This document shows positions 26,194 through 43,904 of a stretch of 64,000 nucleotides of DNA, one piece after another. Both the position numbers and the translations under genes were made by a program. Below the pieces are notes generated by a model. It ran no database searches, was not told where the DNA came from, and saw nothing but the letters and a program-made list of their open reading frames with translations. Source of the stretch: the human T2T-CHM13v2.0 reference genome, Homo sapiens; the NCBI RefSeq assembly GCF_009914755.1, contig NC_060934.1; one strand, written 5' to 3'. The first letter of the stretch is position 1; each line of letters starts with the position of its first letter.

Positions 26194-27210
26194 ATGGGGA
26201 AAAAACAGAACAGAAAAACTGGAAACTCTAAAAATCAGAGCGCCTCTCCTCCTCCAAAGGAATGCAGCTCCTCACCAGCAACGGAACAAAGCTGGATGGA
26301 GAATGACTTTGACGAGCTGAGAGAAGAAGGCTTCAGACGATCAAATTACTCTGAGCTACGGGAGGACATTCAAACCAAAGGCAAAGAAGTTGAAAACTTT
26401 GAAAAAAATTTAGAAGAATGTATAACTAGAATAACCAATACAGAGAAGTGCTTAAAGGAGCTGATGGAGCTGAAAACCAAGGCTCGAGAATTATGTGAAG
26501 ATTGCAGAAGCCTCAGGAGCCAATGCGATCAACTGGAAGAAAGGGTATCAGCAATGGAAGATGAAATGAATGAAATGAAGCGAGAAGGAAAGTTTAGAGA
26601 AAAAAGAATAAAAAGAAACGAGCAAAGCCTCCAAGAAATATGGGACAATGTGAAAAGACCAAATCTACATCTGATTGGTGTACCTGAAAGTGATGGAGAG
26701 AATAGAACCAAGTTGGAAAACACTCTGCAGGATATTATCCAGGAGAATTTCCCCAATCTAGCAAGGCAGGCCAACGTTCAGATTCAGGAAATACAGAGAA
26801 CGCCACAAAGATACTCCTCGAGAAGAGCAACTCCAAGACACATAATTGTCAGATTCACCAAAGTTGAAATGAAGGAAAAAATGTTAAGGGCAGCCAGAGA
26901 GAAAGGTCGGGTTACCCTCAAAGGGAAGCCCATCAGACTAACAGCGGATCTCTGGGCAGAAACCCTACAAGCCAGAAGAGAGTGGGGGCCAATATTCAAC
27001 ATTCTTAAAGAAAAGAATTTTCAACCCAGAGTTTCATATCCAGCCAAACTAAGCTTCATAAGTGAAGGAGAAATAAAATACTTTACAGACAAGCAAATGC
27101 TGAGAGATTTTGTCACCACCAGGCCTGCCCTAAAAGAGCTCCTGAAGGAAGCGCTAAACATGGAAAGGAACAACCAGTACCAGCCGCTGCAAAATCATGC
27201 CAAAACGTAA
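26194..27210 (+). CDS. ORF1: LINE-1 ORF1p (RNA-binding chaperone), intact 338-aa frame
   Basis: MGKKQNRKTGNSK... full length; REKG, ARR and YPAKLS motifs present; substitutions include Y152N and R159H relative to the recalled consensus. Confidence 0.95.
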   Translation: MGKKQNRKTGNSKNQSASPPPKECSSSPATEQSWMENDFDELREEGFRRSNYSELREDIQTKGKEVENFEKNLEECITRITNTEKCLKELMELKTKARELCEDCRSLRSQCDQLEERVSAMEDEMNEMKREGKFREKRIKRNEQSLQEIWDNVKRPNLHLIGVPESDGENRTKLENTLQDIIQENFPNLARQANVQIQEIQRTPQRYSSRRATPRHIIVRFTKVEMKEKMLRAAREKGRVTLKGKPIRLTADLWAETLQARREWGPIFNILKEKNFQPRVSYPAKLSFISEGEIKYFTDKQMLRDFVTTRPALKELLKEALNMERNNQYQPLQNHAKT

Positions 27211-27258
27211 CGACCATCGAGACTAGGAAGAAACTGCATTGACTAACGAGCAAAATAA

Positions 27259-31094
<3,836 letters not shown>

Positions 31095-32894
31095 ACAATG
31101 AGATCACATGGACACAGGAAGGGGAACATCACACGCTGGGGACTGTTGTGGGGTGGGGGGAGAGGGGAGGGATAGCACTGGGAGATATACCTAATGCTAG
31201 ATGACGAGTTAGTGGGTGCAGCACGCCAGCATGGCACATGTATACATATGTAACTAACCTGCACAATGTGCACATGTACCCTAAAACTTAAAGTATAATA
31301 ATAAAAAAATAAATAAATAAAAAATAAAAAATAAATAAATAAAATTTTCAGCTACACATTGATGTGATGGAAGAAGAGTAATCCTTTCAGTGATCAAGTT
31401 ACAGATGCTCTATAAATAGTTGTTCAATGGGCGAATGAAAATAAAAGGTGTCAATTATCCTATATGCATTCATTTTTCTTTTCTGTAAATGGAAAACTTT
31501 TTTCTTCTTCTTTATACAATGTTTGGACCAGGTGATAATTTCATATTCCCTCCCAACTTTCCGAGGGGAAGTGGCAAAACACAGAGAAAACTGGAACAGA
31601 AGCACAACCAATATTGTCACATTTATCCACAATATTCATTTTCTTCCCGCTTTTGCAAGCCATCAATCATCATTTATTTAGCACCCACAGGGTGTTCAGC
31701 TCTGTGCCAACTACTTCAATTAAATATTCAAAGCCATTTCTAACACCACTGAAAACCAAAGCAACCGCAGTTAGGGATAAATCACATATCCCTCCTTTAA
31801 ACTCATTGGGAAGAGTAAGCTATTTGAAAATAACAAATGGTATTGTCATAGTTTCCTTCCCATGTCTCAACTGACTTTGAATAAAGAAAATCAATGACTT
31901 TGTTAGAAATGATGTTTGCTTTTAAAGCATATATGTTTGCAAGCAGGAGGTGAAGGCAAAGATATGGGTGAAGTTTTAAGAAAACGTCAAATGCAATTTG
32001 CTGTTTGTGTCCTGTGGCAATTTTACCCTAAAGGAAAACCTAGAGTGCCTGGCACCTGCCCCTGCCCTCCCTGAAAGACGGCCATGTGTTCTCCCGTCAA
32101 TGCACAAAGGGCAGCTCCTTTCTGCAGGTCAAGCTGTGGGAGCAAAGGACAGGGGCCTCTTGCTGTAGCCTGAGGGTGGACATGCCACTTTTTCTACTTT
32201 ACTTGGCACGAACATATTCACTGTCACTCTCAGCCAGGTATTTTTTGCTTGGATGAATTAATTTTTCAATGAGTTGTGCTGAGCAAATTTTTGAAATATA
32301 GTATTTATCAGCAAAATACCCAAGCCCCAAGGGAAACAGCAGGCCTAACAGCAGCAGATAATACAGCCACCACCAGCCTCCTGGACTCACCAAAACCTGG
32401 TCCCTCCCTCCCATGGGGACAGTAAGTGGGGACAAACTGCTTGAGTAGCAACCAGACCCTCACCCACAGTATGGTGAGGTGGGCACCTGCATGAGGAAGC
32501 CCCAGAGGCCTGGCCACTCTGGTTCCTCCCCTGGGGCTGAATGAAAGAAAATGGCCTGCATAGCCCCACCTGTCCACCTGACCCTGCATGGCCCATGCCA
32601 GGCAGTCCTGTCTTGGTCAGGGCAGGGCATTCCTTGAGCCCCAGAGGACCCACTTACTTAATACCAAGGTGATAAACCTGAGATTATCTTCAGCATTAGT
32701 GGCGGGGGTGGGGGGATGGGACACGTGGCTAATTGGATCATCCCTACACACCAAGACCAATAACAGGTGTCAGCAGAACCCTGATTTCCCAAGCATTATT
32801 ATAAAACCACTTCCTCATAGGTAATTATGTCCTTAACAGTCCCTGTTATAGAAGGTGAGAAGGGAGATAAAGGGAAATAAAAGTAAATATATGT

Positions 32895-33002
32895 TAAAAA
32901 TATATATACATACATACATATATTTATATTTATATTTATGTGTATATATGTATATATATACACACATACACAGACACATACATACAAGCACATCTATACA
33001 TA
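32895..33002. repeat. (TA)/(CA)-rich simple repeat
   Basis: tatatatacatacatacatatatttat...cacacatacacagacacata. Confidence 0.8.
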
Positions 33003-33131
33003 AAGATATCTAATAATCCATGTGTTTTCTGAAAATGAAATAGGCCCAGTATAATTTACCTTTTGGAACATTTCGTATGAATATAAGTAAGAACTTTCTA
33101 CCAATCCCAGCTGTCTAGCAGTGAATGAGAC

Positions 33132-33355
33132 CAGGGGCCTGCAAATCATGGCCTGCAGATCAAATGTGGCCCACTGACCATTTTTTGTCAATAAAGTTTT
33201 ATTGGCACATGACCATGCCCATTTGTGTACATGTCAATGGTACCTTCACTTTCATAGGATGGCAGAGCTGAACAGTCGCAACACAGGCTGTATGGCCTCC
33301 AAAGCCTGAAATATTTACTATTTAGCTCTTGACAGAAATAATTAGTCCCTCCCTG
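33132..33355 (+). mobile_element. MER58A (hAT-Charlie)
   Basis: CAGGGG start; aataaagttttattggcac; tatggcctccaaagcctgaaatatttactat; CCCTG end. Confidence 0.85.
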
Positions 33356-34559
33356 AAATGAGACCAGCTGGTGAGGTGGTGAGTCAGCTCTACAGTGACC
33401 ATCAGCTTTGACCTCAGCAGAGTAGTCAAACCTGGTTTACCAAGGTTTACCAAACCTACCTATGCAACAGAATCACCAGATGCTTCTGAAAAGCTGTGCT
33501 CCCAGGGCCCACTGGCCCTGAATCAGAATTTCCAGATGAGTGGGTGGAGCAGGTGGGTTTAAGAAGCACTGGTTGGCTCCCAGGATTTCTGATAGCCACA
33601 TCTCACCTCTCCTTCACTTTCCACCCTTTTCTTAGATCTTTCATGTGTATTTCCTTGTTTAGTGTGAAGATGCAAGTATTATCCTCATTTTGCAGATGAG
33701 GAGGTGAGGTTCCTCTGATGTGCCTGCTGGTCAATCTAGAGCCAGGGCTCAGACTGAAGGGCAGAACCTCTTCCATCAGCCCCTTGACCCCTCCCCATGA
33801 CCTCTAAGATCCACAACCCTATAAAGTCCCAAATAAAACAGGAAAGAAAGCCTCAAAGACAGAGCCAGCTCATTAGCATGTAACCAGCAAATGCACACAT
33901 TTTGGGTTTGGTATGCCCAGGAGAGCAGGACACCTATTCAAGGAACTGTGCCTGGCACAAGGATGAGCAAGTTCACATGTTCACCCATTCGATAAGCACT
34001 ACCAAATTCTAGGCACCAGGATAAGATAGGACTATGACCAGGAAGGAGACAGCATGATGCTGCCCTCATGGAACATTCCAGAAGAGTTGGAGGGCAGGGA
34101 CTTACCCAGATAATTCCAGGAACATTGAGTGTTGAACTTGCCCTTGGGTCTTGCCAATCACACTCCTACCTGGTCTCCCTTCCCTGAACCTCTGCTTCGC
34201 TCTCTCCTTCACTCAGCTCCCAACTCAGATGTATCTTCCCAAAGACCTTTCCTGGCCAAACTCCCCCTGTGAGTCCCCTACACTGCTCGGTCTGGTTTCA
34301 TGTTACTTCTTACTCTGACGTATGGATTGACTCTGGTTTTCTCTGGTCTCTCCGTTACCCCAGGATGAAAACTTTCAGAGAGCAGGACATGGTCTCGTGT
34401 ATGATGGTTGTGGCGTTCCATATTTGCTCCTGCCTCCCTCCTTCTCTTGCTCCCTCCCTCTATCTCTCCTTTCCTTCCCACATTTGACCACCTAAAACAT
34501 AAATGAACAACAGCGTTCTACCAGGGTATTAAGAATATGGGTACTGAAGCAGAGGGGGT

Positions 34560-35005
34560 ATGGGCCCTAAAAGAAGGGCCTGCAGGGATTCGATGTCCTT
34601 AGCAATATTTGGAAATGAGTGGGTTTGGGTTAGCCCTTCAATACAGAATGGGACTTCTCTTGTGGCCCCATCCAATCTCCTCCTCCCCATCTCTGGCTCG
34701 CTCTGTGCAGGCTTTGGCCAGCTTTGTGTAGCGCCACCAGCAGGGCCACCTTGGCCACTGGGGGATGGGGTGTGATGGATCCCCAGAGGACACACCTGAG
34801 ATGCTCTTCCTACGGCTCATCTGAGGGGCCCTTGGAGGGAGGACTGGTCACCCTGGGGGTTCAGCACTCCTCGCTTTGGTCTTTCCAGTTTCCCAGCTTC
34901 ATGCTCCTGGTTCCTCACTCACTCCTCTTCCTGGATACACTTCCCAGTCAACTACAGCTGCAAGGGTTTTCTCAGGCTCTGCTGTCAGGGGAAGACAGGC
35001 TGAGC
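34560..35005 (+). mobile_element. Ancient ERVL-class LTR fragment (LTR16/LTR33/LTR41-like); 5' boundary uncertain
   Basis: 3' end cacttcccagtcaactac...ctcaggctctgctgtcaggggaagacaggctgag resembles ERVL LTR termini. Confidence 0.5.
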
Positions 35006-37014
35006 CCAATTTCAACTCACCCATGATGTCTCCCACCACCTCACCCCTATCGAGTGGCCTGTCCCACCCCTGACTTGAATTCGAGTTCCCTAGGGGCTTT
35101 GGTGGTGCCCTCCTCTTTTCTTGGAACGACTAACAGGATCTGCACAGGTCCTCCTAAGTGGCTGCCTCCATGTCTTGCTCATAACAGAATCTCAATAAAC
35201 ATTTGTTAAGTGTGGTTTCACAAAAATGAATCCATCCACATTTCCGAATAAATAACAGTTCCTGTGTGTAAGGATCCTGCCTGAGTCCATGAATCAGCCT
35301 TATCATGGAACACTGAGTTAAGTAGCATTTAGAGGACCTGGTGTGACTCAGTGGCCCAGGAACTCTGCATGGTCCGCCTGCTTTCTGTCCTGAGGGTCAG
35401 CTCTTTCCCCAGTAGGGCCAACACTCAGGCACTCAGGCGTGGAGGCAGGTCATAGAGAATGCAATGCCATAGGCTCCCCTCTGCTTCCAAGCTGTCATCA
35501 AAGGGGATATAGGCCCGAAATAACACTGAGGGGTTTTTAAACACATGCCAAAAGAGCATCAGGCTATCTCCTATTGTGTTCAGACCCAGGGAAAGCAGGC
35601 AGCTAAGTGCAGGGCAAAGCTGAATTTGCTCTAGTGGGCAGGCAGGAGCAAAAGGAGCTGACTCCTTCACAGTGAGCTCCCCTCTCCTGCTCCTTCTCTA
35701 TAGCTCACAAGCACGGGTATGTTGAGTCTTTGCCCGAGCCCCGTCCTGCCACAAGGCAGAATGCAGGCAATGTTGGTTGAATTGATCACTGCTCCACACT
35801 TACTGGATTCCCCCTGCATTGGTTCAATAGGCTTCTATTTAACCCTTTGGATATAATTCAGCAAAATGCACGTCACTCCAGAGCAGGATTCTGTTTCTGT
35901 GCTGCATTTGAGTTCATCTCACCACCCGCTCGGAAACCAGGAAGGATGCCGAAGTGAGTGATCAGCCCTTGATCGCCTGGTGGACCAGCCTCCCCAGCCC
36001 CTCTGGCAGCTGTCTGGGAGGCCTCCACTTACTGAGGCGGACAAAGAAACTGCAGCAGCATTGCAAACAGACCAGGAGCGTGAGGCCTGCCAGACAAGTC
36101 TGTCCTAGTCTGTGTGGAGTGCACACTATCCCCATTCCCCACTTCCTGTGCCTGGACACCCTGGGCCTGGCTGAGGCCACCTTACTGTGTGACTCTGCTC
36201 CTTCCCCTCTCATGTGTCCCCCGGGGTTCTAGCTCTTCATTCTCAGCTGCACTGCCTGGACTGTGTTCCCAGCCAGCCCATCATGCACGGGAATTGGGCC
36301 TCAGATTTGATTTCTCGTCCCTGCCCGGCTGATCACAAAGCACACCCTGCTCGGGTTTCCAGGGCATTTTCTCGTCCCAGCTTCTCTTTCCCAGATCCTC
36401 CGTCTGCATTGGCTGAGGGCTTCTCTGTGCTCCTCACCCTGCAGTGAGCATTCAAATAGGATGACGGCCCTATTTTTAAGCAAAGAAAACAGCCTTCTGC
36501 AGGAGAACTGAAATGAGATGAGGAATACAGGGCTGGACCAGCCAAGTGCCCTTTTTAAAAGGATGAAAATAGAAAGTCTGAATTTTTTTGTTTGTTTGTT
36601 TGCTTAATAAGTAAAGAAGAATCTATACCGTCAGCCACTCGCCAGGGCTAAAATAGTTTTATACAAGTTATAGCTGGGGTCCTCTGAGGAAGGGGGCAGC
36701 CCTTTTGGCACCTTAGCTGGAAAACAAATTATTCCAGGTCTAGTGCCCAACACCCCCCACCCCGCCCCCAGGGAAGCACTCAGTGGAGCTTCCTGCTGAT
36801 CCGCGTCCAAACTGTTGGGCCCACGCCACTGCATTATCCCTGCAGAGGCCAGCATGGTTCACTCCCTGACCCCACCGGAACTTCAGAGAGCCTTCTGAAG
36901 CTCCCGAGTACTCCTCACTCATGTATTCACTCCACCGCCATTTTCTGAGCACCCTCCAGATGCCAGGCACAGTTCTAGGCCCCAGATGTGCAAGCTGAAC
37001 TTCCACATGGCCCC

Positions 37015-37865
<851 letters not shown>

Positions 37866-39244
37866 ATGAATTATATAAATAAAAACCACAGTCCTGGATC
37901 TCAAGGCTCTCCAAGTCTTGTGGCTCTGGGCAATTGTCCCCAGGGCTCGTCTGGCACTTGCACAACCACTGTTGTCCACAGGAGTGATGAAGGAAAATAC
38001 TACAATTTTTATTTATACTTACTTTTATCTCATCTTTTACAGTATCTGTATAGAACTTATGAGTACAATGGCTTGTGGTCATACTTCATAGACAAATAAA
38101 TGGGCCATCATCAGGAGTGCCCTAAAAGTTCCTTTCTGATGGGGATGAGTGATAGAAAGGAATGTGGAGCCCCCGTCCTGGTGGATAGGCTTTTGTGGAG
38201 AGCCGGGGGATGCCCCCAGAATTGGAATCGTCTCCTCCTTACCGTGGGGAGGGTGGTGGCAGGTTCGGGAGTGTCATCATCCAAGATGTGCTAATGACCA
38301 CAAGTAGGCAGTGAAGTTAGGGCCCGTGGTCCACCAGGCCATCAACCCTGCACTGGGAAGGCCATGCAGGGGTCTAGAAACAGCCCACCACAGGACCTCA
38401 CACCAGCACTGGCTCCCAGATCCCCTTCCCTTTCTTCAAAAAAGATCATGGCTTCTTTTAGAGCCTTTTCCCCCTGTTCCTGGGACTGCTTGTCACTCTG
38501 CAGAACTGCGGGCAGCTGAGCCTGGCACAGCCACTGTGGCTAATACCACTGCCTGGGGCCAGCCTTGCCTGCATGGGCTCTCTCTCTACCAGGATTAGAG
38601 TCTGCCATTAGACACCTCACTGTGGTAGACCTTCCTACAGCCCCACTCAGAAGGAACTTGTGTCACGCTTTTCCAGGACAGTGCCGAGTGTAGCTGTCAA
38701 CCATCCTTTCCACTGTCCCTCAGCAGGGTCCCACACCAGCCACTGACAAGCCTCTATCTTGGATGAGGTCCAGCCCCACCTTGGAGGGAGGGGAATTTGC
38801 TGAGGCTTCCAAGGAAGATGCTCTTCTTTGATCTGGGAGATACTTTGCTCAGTAGCTGCAAAGTCCAGAACTTCTATAGCCATCCTCTCCAGAGAACACA
38901 GCTGACAGCAGGGAAGCCGGAGTGAATACACAGAAGGCAATCAGGTTCTTGATTTTGGAGCAGCCAAATCAAAGCATCCCTGAGGTCTGCCTTACTACTG
39001 GATTCCAGTTCCACATGCAAATGAATCCCAAACTCTTTTAGAATTCAGTTTGAATTTATTATTTGCACCAAAAGCATCCTAATTATACACTGGCTATTTG
39101 ATTTGGGTCCTGTTTTTTTTCTTGCTGGATTTGATAGACCAGGGAACTCTCCATGGACTTCTCTCAGGTGGAATTATTTTCAGCAGAGCATGGAGTGATG
39201 TGTTGGCCTGTGCTCTCCATTTTCTCTCAGAAGCCAGTGAGTTC

Positions 39245-39711
39245 TGTGAACACAAAATGTCTGAGACAGATCTCAGTCAATTTAGAAAGTTTATTTGGCC
39301 AAGGTTCAGGATACATCTGTGACACAGCCTCAGGAAGCCCAAGGTGGTTGGGGGTATAGTTTGCTTCTATACATTTTAGGGAGACACGAGACATCAATTA
39401 GTATGTGTAAGATGTGCATTGGTTTGGTCCAGTAAGGCAGGACAACTTGAAGTGGGGGCTTCTAGGTTAGAAGAAGATAAGAGACAAAAGGTTGAATTCT
39501 TCTGAGTCCTTGACCAGCCTTCCACTGAATACACAATTTAGTCTGGCTCAGCGAATCTGCATTTTTACATAAACAGTAGGGGAGAGGGAGCAATCAGATA
39601 TGCATTTGTCTCAGATGAGCCTCAGAGGGATGACTTTCAATGGAATGAGAGGAAGGTTTGCCCTAAGCAGTTCCCAGCTTGACTTCTCCTTTTGGCTTAG
39701 AGATTTGAGGG
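39245..39711 (-). mobile_element. ERV1 LTR, MER4A family (5' end truncated)
   Basis: tgtgaac...ctgagacag...gaaagtttatt...tgacacagcctcagga...tttgccctaagcagttcccagcttgact. Confidence 0.88.
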
Positions 39712-40084
39712 TATTTTTGTTAATTATTGTAGATGAGATTATTTTCTTGATTTTTTTTTTTTTGGTCACTTCATTGGTAGAGAAACACTACTGATTTTTG
39801 TATGTTGATTTTTGTGTCCTGCAAGTTTACAGAATGTAATTAATCTAACAGTTTTGGTAGAGTCTTCAGGATTGTCCTATATTTAAGATCATGTCATCTG
39901 CAAACAGAAACAATTTAACTTCTTCCTTTCTTATTTGGATGCCTTTTGTTTCTTTCTCATACCTGAGTGCTCTGGCTAGGACTTCAGTACTATGTTGAAT
40001 AGAAGTGGTGAAAATGGGCATCCCTGTCTTGTTCCTGATCTTAGAGAAAAAGGTTTGCTCCAATGGTGAATAGGATGATGTTAG

Positions 40085-40863
40085 TGAAACAACATAGTTC
40101 CCTTGACCCTTTTGTGGTACTCGCAAAGGGGTTGGCTCATTTACTCAGCCCACAGTTCTCAACCCCTCATGGGAGGGGGAGCATCCAGGTGAGCAGGTGC
40201 AAGGGCCAGGACAAGTGCTTCTGGGTGCCAGGAGGAGTAGAACTCTTTGCGGCCCTGCAGCAGCATCTGGGGGATACCTGCAACCTTCAAAGCCCCAGAG
40301 GGTGTGTGTTACAGTGTGCTTTTTCAGCTTTGGCACACTGTATGGCTTACATGTTTAACAGCTCAGTGGAGGGTCAGTGTGACAGCCTTTTGCACTCACC
40401 CCCTTGGTATGCAAGTTCTTGTCTTGTCCAGCATCTAGCAAAAATCAGGTCACACAGGTAAATTGAAGGGTGGTGAATGTGGAGAATGTTACTGAGCAGT
40501 GGAAGTGGCTCTCAGTGGGATGGGAGCTGGAAAGGGGATGTTGTGGGAAGGTAGTCTCCTCCTGGAGTTCAGTCGTCCCCAGCTGAACTCTTCTCTGAAG
40601 TCCCACTGTCAAGCTGTCCCTCTGAAGTCAAGCTGCTTCTCTCTGCCCACTGCCCAGTGGAGCCTGGGGATTTTATGGGTACAGGATGTGGGGCTGGGAA
40701 GGGTGGGGCAGGGTGGGGCAGAGTGGTTTTGGAAAAGGCAACATTCGGGCAGGAAAACAGTTATGCATTTCTCACTTGGTCTGCAGGTCCAGGCTTGAGG
40801 GTGGGGCTTCACCAGGGACCCTCACTTCTCTGCCCAGTATTTCCCTGCCTCCTGTCCATATCA
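40085..40863 (-). mobile_element. ERV1 solo LTR of the LTR1/LTR27/LTR28/MER52 group
   Basis: Minus-strand start TGATATGGACAGGAGGCAGGGAAATACTGGG; TG..CA termini; 4-bp TSD TTAG at 40081-40084 and 40864-40867. Confidence 0.85.
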
Positions 40864-41071
40864 TTAGCTGTGGGCTTATCATATATTATCTTTATTTTGT
40901 GGAAGTACATTCTTTTTATACCTAATTTATTGAGAGTTCTTATCATGAAAAGTTGTTAAATTTTGTCAAGTGATTTTATGCATCTATTCAGATGACTGTA
41001 TGGTTTTTGTCCTTTATTCTATTAATGTGGTATATCATATTTATTGATTTCCCTATGTTAAACCATATTTA

Positions 41072-41748
41072 TGTAGCTGCCCAATGAGTTCATCTTGCCC
41101 GCTGCCTAGACAGAGCTGATTTATCAAGACAGAGGAATTGCAATGAAGAAAGAGTAATTAATGCAGAGCTGGCTGTGCGGGAGATGGGAGTTTTTTTATT
41201 ACTCAAATCAGTCTCCCTGAGCATTTGGAGATCAGAGTTTTTAAAGATAATTTGGTGGGTAGGGGCTTGGGAAGTAAGAAGGGCTGATTGGTCAGGTGGG
41301 AGATGGAATCAAAGGGGGTCAAAGTGAGGTTTTCTTGCTGTCTTCTGTTCCTGGGTGGGATGGCAGAACTGGTTGGGCCAGATTACTGGTCTGGGTGGTG
41401 TCCACTGATCTATCCAGTGCAGAGTCTACAAAATATCTCAAGCACTGATCTTAGGAGCCAGAGGCTGCATGACCCCTGAACCATAATTTCTAATCTTGTA
41501 GCTAATGTGTTAGTGCTGCAAAGGCAGACTGGTTCCCAGGCAAGAAGGGAGTCTTTTCAGGAAAGGGCTATTATCAATTTTGTTTCAGAGTCAAACCATA
41601 AACTGAATTCCTTCCCAAAGTTAGTTTTGCCTATGTCCAGGAATGAACAAGGACAGCTTAAAGGTTAGAAGCAAGATGGAGTCTATTAGCTCTGATCTCT
41701 TTCACTGTCATAATTTCCTTAGTTATAATTTTTGCAAAGGTGGTTTCA
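41072..41748 (-). mobile_element. ERV1 solo LTR, LTR8
   Basis: Minus-strand start TGAAACCACCTTTGCAAAAATTATAACT; TG..CA termini; near-TSD TTTA/CTTA. Confidence 0.9.
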
Positions 41749-43462
41749 CTTACATCTCAGGGATAAATCCCACTTGACCATGGTGAATGATCCTTCTAAT
41801 GTGCTATTGAATTCAGCTTGTTAATATTTTGTTTAGGATTTTTGCAGCTATGTACATCAGAGATATTGGCCTGTAGTTTTTTTTTATTGTAGTGTCCTTG
41901 TCTGGCTTTGACATCAGGGTAATGCTAGCCTCACAAAATGCGTTTGTAAGTACTCTCTCTTCTTCAATTTTTTGGAAGAGTTTCAGAAGGACTGGCATCA
42001 GTTTTTCCTTAAATGTTTTGTAGAATTCAGCAGTAAAACCATCAGTTCCTGGGATTTTCTTTGATAGGAGACTTTTTTATCACTAATTCAATCTCTTTTC
42101 TTGTTACTGGTCCACTCTGATTTTCTATTTCTTCATGATTCTGTTGTGGTAAGTGGCATGTTTCTTGGAATTTATCCATTTATTTTAGGTTACTCAATTT
42201 GTTGGCATGTAACTGTTTATAGTAGTACCTTATGATTCTTTGTGTTTCTGTGGTATCAGTTGTAATGTCTCCTCTTTCTTTTCTGGTTTTATTTATTTGA
42301 GTCTTCTCTCTTTTTTTCTTTGCCTAGCTCAAGTTTTGTCTGTTGTGTTTATCTTTTCAAAATATTAACTCTTGGTTTTATTGATCTTTTCTATTGTTTG
42401 TTTAGTCTCTTTTATTTATTTCTGCTCTAATCTTTATTATTTTCTTTCTTCTACTAACTTTGGGCTTATTTTTTTCCTACTTCCTTGAGGTATAACGTTA
42501 GGTTGGTTTATCTGAGATCTTTCTTTTTTGATGTAGGTTTTCATTGCTACAACCTTCCTCGTTAGAATTGCTTTTGCCGTATCTCATAAGTTTTGGTATG
42601 CTGTTTCCATTTCTGTTTGTCTCAAGATATATTTAATTTTCATTTTTAATTTCTATTTTAATCCATTGGTTGTTCAGAAGTATGTTGTTTAATTTCCATA
42701 TATTTGTAAATTTTCCAAAATTCCTCCCATTATTAATTTCTAGTTTTGTACTATTGTTGTCAGAAAAGATATTTGATATGACTTCAATCTTTTAAAATTT
42801 GTTAAGACTTGTTTCACGGGCTAACATATAATCTATCCTGAAAAGTGTTCTGTGTGTACTTGAGAAGAATGTGTATTCTGATGCTGTTAGGTGTAATGTT
42901 GCATATGTCTGTTAGGTCCATTTGGCTTAAAATGTAATTAAAGTCCAATGTTTCCTCATTGATTTTTCTCTCTGAATGATCTGTCCATTCTTGAAAATAG
43001 GGTATTAAAGTCCTGTACTATTATTGTGTTGTAGTCTATCTCTCCCTTCTGATCTATTTATATATTTAGGTGCTCTTGTGCATATATATATATATTCCCA
43101 TTAGGTGCATACACACACACATACACACACACACAACTGTTATATCTTCTTGATGAATTAGCCACATTATTACTATATAGTGACCTTCTTTGTCTGTTTT
43201 TATGGTGTTTTGCTTAAAGTCTGTTTTATCTAATATAAATATAGCCACTCCTGATCTTTCTTGGTTTCTATTTGAATGGAGTTATCTTTTTCCATCCCTT
43301 CACTTCCAATCTATGAGTAACCTTAAAAATGAAGTGAAAGTGAGTCTCTTGTAGGCAGCATATAGTCGTGTCTTTCTTTTAACCTATCCATTCAGCCACT
43401 CTATATCTTGTAATTGGAAAATTTAATTCACTTATATTTGAGATAATTATTGTTAAAGACTT

Positions 43463-43904
<442 letters not shown>

